Origin: Eledone cirrhosa
Lineage: Eukaryota
Assembly: GCA_964016885.1 (NCBI GenBank)
Contig: OZ024741.1
Span: 42,594,001 to 42,658,000, forward strand
Direction of reading: 5' to 3'
Length of the DNA: 64,000 bases
Made by a program: the position numbers and the translations under genes
In this document: one piece after another, positions 11,453-24,471 of the stretch
Position numbering within the stretch: position 1 is the first letter of the stretch
How the letters are laid out: each line of letters starts with the position of its first letter
The notes under the pieces: model-generated
What the model was told of the DNA's origin: nothing
The model's input: the letters and a program-made list of their open reading frames with translations, nothing else
Databases searched by the model: none

Positions 11453-12032
11453 AGTGGCTGCCAACTCGTTTTCGAGTACGGCCACTACTTTATATCCATG
11501 AAGGAGAACCCCTACCGATGCGCTGAACGAGTGTGACTTTTTAGTCCAGCCAGCGACTTGAAAACTCTGGTACAAACACTACACTCGTGACAATTATTGA
11601 CAAATAGTGCTGGGCCCATGGTACCATGTGACGACAAATGCAGAGAGATCTCCAGATATAAAGCGATGCCTGGGCCGTGAAGCTTTTATAGTGAGCAAAG
11701 GCACTGCACAAAGCCAGTCCCACTCTCTTAACCAAGATGATATTTACCAAAAAGAAGAACAAGTCAACATCATTGGATACCATCAGGGTTGCAGGTGTTA
11801 TATCAGAGTTTTCCTTCTCCTAGAATTCTGCCTTGACAAAGTCTAAGGGGTCATCTCTCCCGGTGCTTTTGGATGGCCATTGACTCTTAAGAGCTCCTTT
11901 GCCCTTTGACAGGTTTTGTTTTTAGTCCTCCAGGATGTCCAAAGTCACGCTCATCACCAAGAAACCTTGGTGGGGTTGCCAGTTTAGTCGCCAACGACCC
12001 GACCATGGGACACATGTTACCAGTAGCACCAA
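11453..12032 (-). mobile_element. Non-coding interspersed repeat, probably derived from an RTE-type 5' UTR, in (CATA)n
   Basis: Minus strand carries CTAGGAGAAGGAAAACTCTGA, a motif I recall from RTE-type 5' UTRs; (CATA)n on both sides. Confidence 0.4.
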
Positions 12033-12558
12033 CATACATATATACATACATGCATATATATACATACATACATACATGCATACATATATATATACGCACA
12101 TCATGGCCGCAAACTCGTGTTCGAGCCTTGCTATCGCCTGATGAAATGCTAAAAAATGTGAGGCACGAATGTGACTCTTAAACCAACGAGAGACTTGAAC
12201 CCTCTATCTCACACATGGCAACCGTAGACTCCTCTGGGACTTTGCACTGCTTGGTTCTTACTGTGTGTTTCATATGACTTTTAAGACCTCCCATCCTTGC
12301 TCATTCCTTGTCAAATTGTCTACACCTTTTCAGATCATAATCTACATGAGGTCTACTGATATAACTTTGTTCAGATCTAATCAAACTTGCTTTGCTCAGG
12401 CAGACTCGACTACATATACACATATATACATACATGCATACACACAAACACACATACACACACATATATATATACAAATATATGCGTATAATTATATATA
12501 CATATGCGTGCACACACATACTCACACACTCACAAACACACACACACATCTCTCTCTC

Positions 12559-12652
<94 letters not shown>

Positions 12653-12654
12653 TG

Positions 12655-12762
<108 letters not shown>

Positions 12763-13284
12763 CAGATGATTAAACGTTAATTATGTTCGTTTGTTTAATT
12801 ACATACGGTTTAAACTATTTAGAAATAAAAGAAGAGTGTTTCATTCTTTTAAATTATATAAGCTCCAACATGGAAATTTTAATTAACATTATTTAATTAT
12901 TGACATTATTAGCAAAACTTCAAAAATGAACGTTAATTATTTTATGAACATTTAAAAAAATGTATTTTAATTTAAATATTCATTGTTTTAATCTTTCTAG
13001 GTTAGAGAATTTGTAATAACCATTTGATTGTATTATCCTAATATCTTTTGATGTGTAAATGAAATGTTTATCAATAGAGTTAAGGTCTAAATTTGCCCAG
13101 CTACATGAGCTGAAATTGCACAGTTTTCACTCATGGCTGCTGACGTGAAGTGCTTGGTAGATGATATTGACCTTACTTCAGTGAAACTAGTTGATATTCA
13201 AACCGTTCTCCTTCAGAACAGTTGCCAAACTACCTGGAAAAAGATCTAAAATCTGTCTTAACCCAGAATGCTCGTTTGGCCGGT

Positions 13285-13504
13285 GCTTATTACGGTTTCA
13301 TGAAGTCACTGGGAGTACAAGACTCCCCGTGGACAGGACGCCGGTCCATCGCAGGTTTAAATCACCCCCCACCCCACCCCGGCTGGTACTCATGTTCAGC
13401 TAAGTATACTGGAGAAACGTGAAATGGAGTGTTTTTCTCAAGAACCCAACACGGAACTCGGCCAAGGAATCGTAAGTCCAACACTTTTACCACTAGGCTA
13501 CGCC
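13285..13504 (-). mobile_element. tRNA-derived SINE
   Basis: Minus strand starts GGCGTAGCCTAGTGGTAAAAG (A-box), then cgattcc, gtgttgggttcttgagaaaaacac body and gagtaccagc. Confidence 0.7.
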
Positions 13505-13519
13505 TGGAAGAAGGGCTCA

Positions 13520-14101
13520 ATACAGTCACTATTTGTTGGTGACAAACAAGAATGTGACCACTGCCGATATTTTGGACGCCGCGCAGTTCGAAAGAAATAT
13601 CACAAACAGATTGGTGCTGCTTATAAAAACAAAATAACTAAAACAGGTTCGACTTCTGGATCGTGTTGCGCTCAACAAACTAACATAATAACATTATTAC
13701 AAAAAATCACAATCAGATATACCAGGAGATGTCGTCAGACTTGCAAAAGATCTTGTGGCCAGATCAATTCAAATTTAATTTGTTCGTCTCTGACAAACCT
13801 CGACGTTGTGTACGAAAAGTATTTTCCACAGGGTGCATAAATCCCACTGTTGAATATAATGATGATTATGTTGTATTTCGGGATTGAATATCTATCAGGT
13901 CGAGGGCATCGTGAACAGTACAGGATATCTGGAGTGCTTAGGGCGAAGGTTATGCCAATAGAGATGGGCGTTGGTTGTCAACGTGACAACAACTCAAAGC
14001 TTATCGCAAGTATAATCAAGAAATATATCAAAAGTCAGAAAATAAAAGTCTTGCAGAGCCAGCACCGCTCTCAGATATATATATCCGATAAAAGTATATA
14101 A
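13520..14101 (+). pseudogene. Decayed Tc1/mariner transposase
   Basis: GRRAVRKK, PTV, and QRDNNSK...KKYIKSQKIKVL resembling Tc1 QQDNDPKH...KIKVLEWP; many stops and frameshifts. Confidence 0.55.
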
Positions 14102-14438
14102 AAATATGTTTACAAGAAAAAAAAAAAAAACTATATACCTCCAAAGAGGGAAAACATACCAGATAATGTGTTAATAAAAATCAACGATTCAATAAATTGT
14201 AGTTCAGGAATCATTTTACACAGAGTCAGAATGAATACAGTTAATGTATTGTACTTTGAAATATGTGAGCAAGTGTTCCAGGAATTATCCCACTTATGGG
14301 ATAAATCGTAGTTATAATTCAGTTTGAGGAATGATCGTGTATCTAACGAAATATTAGTTCCATATGGTTTTATTCTTCTTCTGTAATACTCACTTAACAC
14401 ATACACGCGCGCGTATACAGACAGAAAGAGAGGCCCAC

Positions 14439-14486
<48 letters not shown>

Positions 14487-15681
14487 TTCTCTTGAGAGAA
14501 TCGTTTTTGCTGAAAATATCGAATAATGTACACCATTTTTACCAGTATCACAAAAATACTGCCCCCCCCCACACATACACACACACATACACACGCGTAC
14601 ACTAACATACAAAGAGACATATGCACATTTTTTTGTTTTTGTTTCTGATATTTTTATTAATATATTGAAATCTGTTCTCTATTTCTGCTTGATAGATAAT
14701 CATGTAGAGTAAAGACAAGAATAGTATTGTTAAAATTAATATAGACTCTATATATATGTGTGTATATATACACATATATGTATACTTAAATTTTTATAGC
14801 ACAATGAGAATGTTCTCCGTGTGAAATAGGGGTTTGCAGAGTTGATCACGTAAATTCACATCGATGTTTGTAGTTATCATATAAACATATGAATTTTTAA
14901 ACTAGACATAAGATCATTACTTTTCACACATTATAGATACGTGTCTCATTCAGGAATACTGATATTTACATTATAGTGCCTGGTTTTTATACGAACTAAT
15001 ATTTATACATTAAAACATAGGGTTTTTAAATTCTGCCTCGCCTATGTCTGGTTACTTTTCATTTTTCTCTCTATATAACGGCTGGTTTCTTTCCTAACCA
15101 CATATATCTCCCTTACATTAATACTAGAGCTAAATAAATAAATAAATAAATAAATGTATCATTGATACGTCGTTCAACTACCTACTTTTCTCTATATATA
15201 TCTATCTCTATCTATTTCCTCTCTCTATATATCTCTCTCTGTTTCTTTACATGAAGTTCTTCTCTTTATCTATCTTTCCATCTCTCTATTTTGTTGCATG
15301 CATTTCTTCTTTTTCTTCTTTTTCTTCGTTTTCTTTCTTTCTTTCCTTCTTTCTTTCTTTCTTTCTTTCTGTTTACAATTTTTCACTGCCAAATCAACTT
15401 TTTCAAATACAAGTCGATGTTGAACGGTATGTCAAATCTATTTATCTATAAAACTGTCTATATTGTATTTTGTCTGAGGAAGGCATAACATATTGTTAAT
15501 ATGATATCCCTGAAATATATATAATGAAATAAATATGGTTTTATAAATATAGTTTCCATTTATTTAATATCGTAAATATGGTCCAAATACTTGTTGAGTG
15601 CTTTTATATCAGTTATAAATATTTACTAGTTGTAACCCAACAATTTAAATATAACTTTCCATGTATATATATATATATATA

Positions 15682-15888
15682 TTTATTAAAATAACAGATT
15701 AATGTTTAAGCAAATAATCCTTAACGGGATCTTCTGAAACCCGTTAAGGGTAAAAACAGCGATTCTTTGCTTAGACTTTAATCTGTTACTTTAATAAACA
15801 TTTGTTCTACGGTTCTTATATATTTGATATATATTTATCCTTATCGAGCCCTCTTTGGATTTTAGTCTTCAAATTTATTATTATTAAT
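15682..15888 (+). mobile_element. Fold-back mini-element, family B, second copy
   Basis: Same hairpin and tail as 3500-3716 but a shorter inverted left arm; (TA)n on both sides. Confidence 0.75.
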
Positions 15889-16805
15889 ATATATATATAT
15901 ATATATATACTATAAATACTCTTCGATTAAAAGGCGTCCATTTTTCGTGGCATTATCAAGCCAGTTAAATATATTTGCTTTATTATTACATTATTCAAAA
16001 AGAGGCAAATATGATTGTACCTGTAATTGAAGCTTGTCACAGTGTAGTAACAGGCTGGATCTTTTAAGGAATTCAGGTTAATTTCACTCAAGCAGGCTGT
16101 TTCCTTGACTGAACTGTAAAACTAATCGATAAAACCAACGGTCTATTCCTTTCTATTCGTCATCAATGCTGATACGTACGTGTTTATGTATACTTGTTTG
16201 CTTGGAGAGGGATAAACTCCACTAGGGTTAAAGTGCCCAAGGAAAGCCATATGTCTCTATGGCGTCCTTATGATTCAACAAAGAGTTTCGGGTACATACA
16301 TACATATTTGTTTGTCGAATGCTTATTTATGGTGCTGCTAATAGTAACAAATTATGACTGACAGAGTAAACCTATAAACAAAGGAATTCCAATCGTGAGC
16401 ATCCCGTTAAATATTTCAATATAGTTTGTGATATTTGACTACTAAATTTATCATATTCTGTGACTATATAGAGGCCCTTTGTAGGCGACATTCTCTATGT
16501 ATATGCGTATTTTTATTTCCATATAACTTCGTGTGTGTATGCCTGTGTACGTGTGTGCATGTGTGTGTGGGTGTGTGTGTGTGTGTAATATTTTGATAGT
16601 TATTCGTGTGTCTGAAAGCATCTATACTCGTTTACGTCTGTATATTTGTGAGTGTTTCTGACAGGAAACTATCATGAGATCGTGAATTTCTCATTAAATC
16701 TACCACATTGTCTTTTTCTTTGATAGAACTTTCGTTATACATTTTATTTTCATTATCTCTTCTTTTTCGTCTTGTTGTTTTATTGTTGTTGTTGCTACTG
16801 TTGCT

Positions 16806-16955
<150 letters not shown>

Positions 16956-17041
16956 GCCATTGTTATTCCTTGAATCTCAGTCATTGATGTTGGTTAACTG
17001 GAAAGTCCGTTGGATTGAATATCAAGCCACTACCTGCAGCC

Positions 17042-20000
17042 TCAGATATTCAGGACGTATCGGAGGGTTCTTGCCGTTCCAAGCAAGCATGCCTTTTGAA
17101 GCGTTCCAAAAAGCGTGAAGGGGCCGATTTTCTTTAACCATCCCTGGAAACCTTTGGAGATAGTCCCCAGTGCGCCTATGACAATCGGGATCACTTTGAC
17201 TTCATGGCAGTTCCAAATCCTTTTCACCTCCCACTTTAGGTCCTGGTATCGGTTAATTTTCTCCCTCTCCTTCTCTTGCACTCTCGTGTCGAACGGGCAG
17301 GCCACATCCACAATCAGGCACGATCTTTTTTCTTTGTCCACAACCACCAGGTCAGGTCTATTGTGTTCCAGTTTTTTGTCCGTCTGTATCCTAAAATCCC
17401 ACAGCACCTTCACCTGACTGTTCTCCATCACCGCCTCTGGCCTATGCTCATACCATTTCTCAGAATGTGGTAGATTGTTTACTTTGCACAGGTGCCAGTG
17501 GATCACCCTGCCCATCACATCGTGTCTCCAGCCCTTATAGTGGGTCTGGGCTAGGTGTTTACACTCGGACACAATGTGATCCACAGTCTCCTCTCTCTCT
17601 CCACAGATCCTGAACAGTGGGCTAGCCTCCTCCTTGTAGATATGGTGCTTCAACCACTTCGTTTTGAGGGCCTGCTCCTGCGCAGCCATTAGCATTCCTT
17701 CTGTAGCCTTTTTGAGGTCTCCTCTTCTCAACCAGTTCCATGTCTGTGGATCTCTAAATTCAGTTTTCTCAAAGAAGGTACTATGAAGGGATTTTCCCTT
17801 AAGGCTGCTCTTCCTCCTTGATGTTATTTCCTCCTTGGGTATCCCCTGGCCTACTGTCCCCTCCTTCAGTACAGCTCTGAGCATTGGCTCCTTACTATAG
17901 GTCACGTATTTGTATAGGTTGTTTTTCTCCATCTGAACACAGTCCTCTATGCTGATAAGACCTCTTCCACCCTCAGATCTCCTTAGGTAGAGTCTATCGA
18001 CATCACTCCTCTTGTGGAACATGTTGTAGATAGTCAATATCTTCCTAGTCTTCCTATCCATTTCTTTTTGTTCAGCAACATTCCATCTCAGAATTCCCGC
18101 ACTGTACCTAATAATAGACACAGCTCGGGAATTTACTGCGCTTATGGCATTTCTGCTGTTCAGATGTGACTTCAATACGCTCCTTACTCTCCGAATGTAT
18201 TCAGTTCTTAACAATTCCTTCATTTTTTTGTTCTTTATGCCATCAGCCTCCAGAACGCCCAAATACTTGTATCCTTCCTCAGAGTCAATTTCCTTTATCA
18301 TCTCACCTGTTGGTATCTGGATCCCGTTACTTCTGCTCAACCTACCCCTCTTCATCACAATGACTCCACATTTACCAATACCAAACTGCATACATATATC
18401 ACTGCTGAAAATACGGACAGTGTCAACAAGCACATCCAACTCCTTCTCACTTTTCCCGAAGAGCTTAAGATCGTCCATGAAGAGGAGGTGATTGATGGTA
18501 AGCTCTCCCCTTCCCAACTTGTATCCTGCTCTCACTTTTCGCAGCATAATGGTCAAGGGCATCAGGGCAAGGACAAACAACAGAGGGGACAGGCTAACTC
18601 CCTGGAAGATACCTCTCTTGATCTTCACGCTTCCCAAGGATACTCCAGTTGATGTCAACTCTGTCTCCCAGGACCCCATACTCCTGCCCAGCAACTGTCT
18701 GATGTTATCTGCCACCCTGAAGATCTCCAGGCTTTTGGTGATCCAGGAATGAGGCACCATGTCAAATGCCTTTCTGTAGTCTATCCATCCCATGGCAAGA
18801 TCAGTGTGTCTCCTCCTGCAATTCCCCATTACCATCTTATCAATAAGCAACTGGTCCTTTGTACCACGTGACTTCTTTCGGCATCCTTTCTGTTCGTCCG
18901 GCAACAAGTTGTTTGTGTGGAGGTGATGGTAGATTTCCTCAGACACAATGCTCGTTAACAGTTTCCACATTACGGGCAGACATGTGATAGGTCTATAGTT
19001 GGTAACATCATTACCCTTGATTCGGTCTTTCATTATCAGAACTGTGGTACCTTTTGTCAACCACTCTGGCACCTCACCCGACACCAAGCAGTCATTGAAC
19101 ATGGCCGTCAGCTTCGGGTGGAGGGATGTTAAATGTTTAATCCAATACCCCTGCACACCATCTGGGCCTGGTGATTTCCAGTTGGTTAGTTTTTTGGCTT
19201 GCCCCTTAAGAGTTTCAACTGTGATACTCAAATCAGTCTGTTGCTGTGCCTGCTCACCGATCTCCCTCTGTACTGTCTCAATCCACCCTGCCTGGGCATT
19301 GTGTCTAACATCCTGCTCCCATATTCCTCTCCAGAATGTTTTAGCTTGTTCCGCCCCAGGGATCAAGTCGTTGCCTCTTTCTTTCCCCTCAAGCTGTCCA
19401 AACAGCATCTTCTGGTTGTTGTCGAACATGCGGTTCTGTTTATACTGACTGACTCTGTTCTCGTATCGCCTGATTTTGGCACTCTTTGCTACAATGCGTT
19501 GCTTCAATTCCTCTATGATAATATTTAGCTTTTTACTCCTAGTTTTGTATTTTATTTCCAGTCTATTTTTAGTGCCTATGTTTTTTAGTGTCCCATTCAG
19601 TAGTGACTCAAGCTTTCCTATGTCATTTCTCATTTCCCCGATTTGCCCACTCAGTCGCTTCCTCCACCACGGCTCTGCTCTTTCTTGTCTGTTGTTTCCT
19701 CTCGCTTTTATACCAAGTAGTTTCCTCACCGTATTTGCTGTTGCTTTGAGGATATTGTTGCACTGGTGAAGACTCCTCGCCTCAAGGTATGGGATGACTT
19801 TGTTTACCTTAGCTGTTGTTTCTTTTAACTTTTTCCTGTCTACAAATCTTAGGTTCATAGGTCTCCCACTATCATTGTTCAACTCATCTACCACTAAATT
19901 TAGGATGTCAACCGAATCTTGTCCTAGCCCGTCAGCATTCATCTCCTCAGTGGCCGTATCTCTGTTCCAGGTATTATTTATCTCAGTATTCAGATCATTG

Positions 20001-20434
20001 TCTGCTTCGGGTGGTTCCTCCGTTCTCAGGACCTCCTCACCTTCATTTCCCGCCGGCTCGCTTGTCTGGCATACTACACCCGCCATCTCCAAGCCATTCT
20101 CTCTGCTCAGTTCCTCCAGTTCCAGATCGCTTATCCACCCATTAGTTCTTATTACCCGAGCCTGCCCGGCCAATTTTTGTTCATCTAATTTAAATAAACC
20201 AATCTCGTTCCAGATGTTATGCATCCGTCTCCTGTAGCCCCTCTCCTTGGGGTTACTTTTCAGGTAGCATTGCATAACAGTTCTATTCAATTCTTTCGTC
20301 CAGTTGGTTCTGGCCCCTTTCCTTCTTCTTCTTCCTCCAACATCAGCAGTATTTGGTTGACAGTCAGGTTCCTGCTGCTGAGCCAGTGGGCACCTGTTGG
20401 GTGAGAGTCTGTCACATGACGTTCTAGTCTCCAT
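17042..20434 (-). CDS. R4/Dong-clade non-LTR retrotransposon ORF (RT, zinc knuckle, restriction-like endonuclease), 1130 aa
   Basis: KSPGPDG, YRPITCL, IDYRKAFD, QGVSLSP, FMDD, YKYLG, RHD, RPDL..VDVACP..K; short 3' UTR runs into (TAA)n on the element strand. Confidence 0.95.
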   Translation of the reverse strand: METRTSCDRLSPNRCPLAQQQEPDCQPNTADVGGRRRRKGARTNWTKELNRTVMQCYLKSNPKERGYRRRMHNIWNEIGLFKLDEQKLAGQARVIRTNGWISDLELEELSRENGLEMAGVVCQTSEPAGNEGEEVLRTEEPPEADNDLNTEINNTWNRDTATEEMNADGLGQDSVDILNLVVDELNNDSGRPMNLRFVDRKKLKETTAKVNKVIPYLEARSLHQCNNILKATANTVRKLLGIKARGNNRQERAEPWWRKRLSGQIGEMRNDIGKLESLLNGTLKNIGTKNRLEIKYKTRSKKLNIIIEELKQRIVAKSAKIRRYENRVSQYKQNRMFDNNQKMLFGQLEGKERGNDLIPGAEQAKTFWRGIWEQDVRHNAQAGWIETVQREIGEQAQQQTDLSITVETLKGQAKKLTNWKSPGPDGVQGYWIKHLTSLHPKLTAMFNDCLVSGEVPEWLTKGTTVLIMKDRIKGNDVTNYRPITCLPVMWKLLTSIVSEEIYHHLHTNNLLPDEQKGCRKKSRGTKDQLLIDKMVMGNCRRRHTDLAMGWIDYRKAFDMVPHSWITKSLEIFRVADNIRQLLGRSMGSWETELTSTGVSLGSVKIKRGIFQGVSLSPLLFVLALMPLTIMLRKVRAGYKLGRGELTINHLLFMDDLKLFGKSEKELDVLVDTVRIFSSDICMQFGIGKCGVIVMKRGRLSRSNGIQIPTGEMIKEIDSEEGYKYLGVLEADGIKNKKMKELLRTEYIRRVRSVLKSHLNSRNAISAVNSRAVSIIRYSAGILRWNVAEQKEMDRKTRKILTIYNMFHKRSDVDRLYLRRSEGGRGLISIEDCVQMEKNNLYKYVTYSKEPMLRAVLKEGTVGQGIPKEEITSRRKSSLKGKSLHSTFFEKTEFRDPQTWNWLRRGDLKKATEGMLMAAQEQALKTKWLKHHIYKEEASPLFRICGEREETVDHIVSECKHLAQTHYKGWRHDVMGRVIHWHLCKVNNLPHSEKWYEHRPEAVMENSQVKVLWDFRIQTDKKLEHNRPDLVVVDKEKRSCLIVDVACPFDTRVQEKEREKINRYQDLKWEVKRIWNCHEVKVIPIVIGALGTISKGFQGWLKKIGPFTLFGTLQKACLLGTARTLRYVLNI

Positions 20435-21500
20435 TTCACCGTTATTCGAACTGTTTATGTTCGATATTTAAACACTCTTATCGAGGATTGGCGAATGTAT
20501 GTTTACATAGCCATCTGTGGATCCGCCATCCCACTTGGCCCTTGTGTGGCATTATCACCACGCTGTATACGAACACACATAAACAAACAAACACACGGGC
20601 AGAAAGGGCCCCAAAAATGAATAAGCATAAGTTTCATTGTAATGTAGTATTCGAATGTCTGACTTTTTAAAGTTTTTTAAGTTTTACTTTTTCCCCCCTC
20701 TTCTCTGTCCGTCCGCTTGCTTCTCTCTTCATTCTTATTTTCTTTACGTTTTTGGGGTTTCTTTTTTTGTTTTTGTTTTTCTCTGTTTGTTTTTCTCGTT
20801 TTTTGCTGTTGTTGCTGTGCTGCTTTGGTTTTGTTGTTTGTTTTTTCTTTTTTCTTTTGAGTCTATCTATATATTTTGATGCCTTCCTCTTTGTTAGTAG
20901 TAGGAATTCTATAATGTGGAAGTGGCAGCCAGCAGAGACTGGCGGCGTTGGCGATACTGAGACAGTGGTGGTGGTGATGTCGATACCGAGGCAGTGGTGG
21001 CGGTGATGCGACCGTATTACTGTAGTGATGGTGCTGTAGCGGTGGCAGCAGCAGTGAAGGAGTCAAGGGGTGGTGGCGGCGGTGATGGGATAGTGGTGGT
21101 AATGATGGCCGTAGTGAGCGGTGGCGGTGAAGGTGAAAATGCTGTTGTGTTTAGTGTACACAGATGATGGGGTGGGTGGTGTATCTAGTTTCTGGTGTTG
21201 GTGAGTTTAGCTGTCCTATATAGTGCAGCCAGAGGAGAGGATGGGGGGGGGGGTTCTTCTTTTTCCATTTATAGCCATTTTTTTTTTTGGATATACAGTG
21301 TACAATACAAAGTTGAATATTTGAATATTTGAGCCTTATAACAATATATTTTGGGTCCGAATTTTTTGGGGCTCAAGCCGGGTGCTTTACGTAGCATTTG
21401 TACTAAGAGTTGTTATTTCACAAATGATTTAAATATGTTAAAAATTCAAAACTTACGGGAGCGATTTCATGACCTCCGTCACCTCGTGCGTCTTCTTCCC

Positions 21501-21545
<45 letters not shown>

Positions 21546-21546
<1 letters not shown>

Positions 21547-22221
21547 TGCATTTATCTTGCTTTATGTTCATACGAGTTATCACCAAGTCACAACCAGTGA
21601 CCTCAAGAGACAACAAGGTCCGCCATGTTCAAGAAAGAACATACATATTCACACATGCATCCTTAGTGTTTAGACTTGTGATGTACTTATATTGACAGGA
21701 TCTTCCTTAGTATATGGGCAGTTCCCATTAGTACTATCTTTTGTATTTCTCCTATACGCGGGTTTCCTGGGATTTGCGATAAGTAGTCGTTAGACCCCTT
21801 AGGTATCATTCCCAGAGCGCCTACAACCACTGGTATTGTTTTAGTTCTCAATTCCCACATTTTTCCAATTTCTATCTCCAGGTCCTTATACTTGCTCAAT
21901 TTTTCAAATGTTTTTATAGATACATTCTTGTCTATTGGAACAGACATATCAATTAGCAGGCATACCCTCCTTTGAAAGTCCTTCAATATTATATCAGGTC
22001 TATTTGCATCTATTTTTCGGTCTGTTTGGATGCTAAAGTTCCACAAGATTGAGATGTGATCTTTTTCAAGTATGGGAGGTGGTTGATGCTCCCACCAATT
22101 CTTTTGATGGGGCAGGTCAAAATGCTTACACATTATCCAATGTATGTATTGTGCAGCTCTGTCATGCCTGTTTAGGTATTCGGTTGGAGCTATAGGACTG
22201 CAGATTGAAATTATATGGTCA
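21546..22221 (-). mobile_element. 5'-truncated Dong/R4 element of a second family (RLE domain ORF 21687-22133)
   Basis: ILWNFSIQTDR..NRPDI..IDMSVP..KLSKY..PVVVGALG; (TAA)n on both sides (21501-21545, 22222-22265). Confidence 0.9.
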
Positions 22222-22222
22222 A

Positions 22223-22265
<43 letters not shown>

Positions 22266-22474
22266 GGCGACCTACGTAGGAAATCGTATTATCGTGAGAT
22301 CCGCAAAGGTTTGTTATTTCCGTTTGTTTAAAAATTGCCATTTATGGAAAATTTTATTGTTAACTGTTTATAAGCATACATACATTGTTTTCCGAAAAGG
22401 ACACCCAAAAACATTGGGGCCTTGTGCCCAAAATTTTAACTTTTATTATTATCCAAAAATTTCTTTGAAAAAAA

Positions 22475-24437
22475 ATGGCTAATTCCCCTCTGCACGAAGC
22501 AGCTGAAAGCCTTCCTCACAAAATAACACCTCACACCGACACCACCATTGTAAATGTTACTACGTTTGCCAACACAAAAAAAAATATAAGCAGTAGCAAT
22601 ATTTTAAATTTGTCTCAGGCAGACATTCATTTCCCGCCATTACCAATGACTGCAGGTGTTAAAGCCTCCACCACCACCACCACCGCGACAACCCCACCCC
22701 CACCACCACCGCGACAACAGAAACAAAAGAAGAAAAAAATAAATTAACTCGTGATGTCGAAATGAAATCAAGCAAAATGGACTCTTCCGCACCAAAGACG
22801 ACTGACGTCACCACCACAACTGAAAATAAAATTAATATTAACGATAGCAACAACAACAACAATGACATTATAAAACCGACCCTCAGTTTCGCCATCGTAG
22901 CAAAACAATTCGAAGCGTTCACGGTAACTCAAGAAGATTTAGAAAATGCCAAACAAATGGTAAAGAAAGATGGGTACAGGGTCAGCCTCACCCCCCCACC
23001 TAATAAAATGGAGCATCGGCGCCTGTGCACCGTGTCGTATAGAACAATAAATGTAAAATCGCGCCGAGTGGAACGGGCATCCGAGTCCCAAATCCAAAAA
23101 GCTTTGGGACATGTGTGGGCAAGAAAAACCCACATCAGACGTGGGCAAAAGTATGGAACCGTGGATGTGTTCTTTGAAACACCAGAGGAGGCTAGAGAAC
23201 ACTCCATGGCCCCATTAAAAAGTGACGACATCACACTCGTCCCAAGCTATTGTGGCCAGAGACTCGTAAAGATCAGGGTGACCCACGTTCCACCGGCCAT
23301 CGAAATTCCCTGGCTAATAGCGGCTGTCCTCACCGGCATCGAAGCCAACACGAAAATAATAGCAGTAGCAAAAGAAAAGCAGGAAAACTGGTCCGGATCT
23401 GGGATGGAGCTCCTGATCCAAGCGGACCAAAAAAGCATTGAGGAGATCCCAGAGGTAATAGACCTCACTGACGGCAGCCACCTCACGGTAATTGTCGAGG
23501 GCAGAAGACCTAGGTGTGTCGTTTGTGGTGAAGGAACCCACCTAAGGGCTTTCTGCCCTCAGGCTAAAAGGTTGAGGCCACCTCTCCTACCCACCCCAGT
23601 GACACAACCATCAACACCACCAGTTGCAGAGATGGCAGCAACAACTGTAGCAGCAACAACAGAAGCAACTATAACAGCAACAACCCCAGAAACAGTAGCA
23701 AAACCAACACCACTACCACCACCACCACCCAACGCTTCAGAACTAGCACCAGCGCCTACACCATCCACCACACCACAACCAAAACTAACGGCTGTGGAGG
23801 ATTTTCCACTCCCCGGCCTATCACAACTGGAGACAGATTGTGACGACGAGGAGGGGGAAACGATATCCGGAAAAAAAAAAGAAACCAAAAAAGAAAAAAT
23901 TCTCTTCCTTCCCCCTCCAAAAACAAAATACAGAGGGAAACAAATAAACTAAGAAACAAAAAAGTTAGGACAGATATGCCACCATCCACACCAGCATCAC
24001 CAACCCCATCAACCCAAACACCAACACCATCACCATCATTAACGCCAACACCACCATCACCTACACCACAAAAGTCACCAAAATGCGAAATAGAAACAAA
24101 CCCACAACAAACGCAAACAAAACAAAACAACCAAAACGATACACACTACACAGCATTAAATTTGAACAACAAGCAATTATTACACTACATCCAACACAAC
24201 ACCAGCATCACAGAAAAAGACTACACAACAACCCCAAAATTCACACCACCTCCACACATACAAATCACTCGCATCACACAGAAAACGTACATGACACTAA
24301 AACAAAAATTCCCCAAAGACATCGGAGACTTCCGACAAGCACTCTCCAGGAGGATTTATAAGGACATCCTTCCTGAGGAGGCCACAAGCAGTGAAAAGGA
24401 TGGAAAAGCCGTCCTTCCCCTACGAGAAGTAAGGTAA
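22475..24437 (+). CDS. Tx1 ORF1 (gag-like, CCHC zinc knuckle), split by two single-base indels
   Basis: RCVVCGEGTHLRAFC knuckle in 22762-23952; ORFs 22475, 22762 and 23976 step by -1 each, at homopolymer runs (~22692 and ~23853-23880), and join into about 654 aa. Confidence 0.75.
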
Positions 24438-24471
24438 GTGGTCTTTCCCATCTTTTCCACTCCTTTTCAAC

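Noticed and set aside
20480-20560. HDV-like ribozyme at the Dong 5' end (TCCTCG seen on the minus strand)
   Set aside because: I could not build P1, P2 and P3 by eye; it needs a descriptor search
23853-23900. Programmed -1 ribosomal frameshift in Tx1 ORF1
   Set aside because: Two independent homopolymer indels and no clear stimulatory structure; error or slippage is simpler
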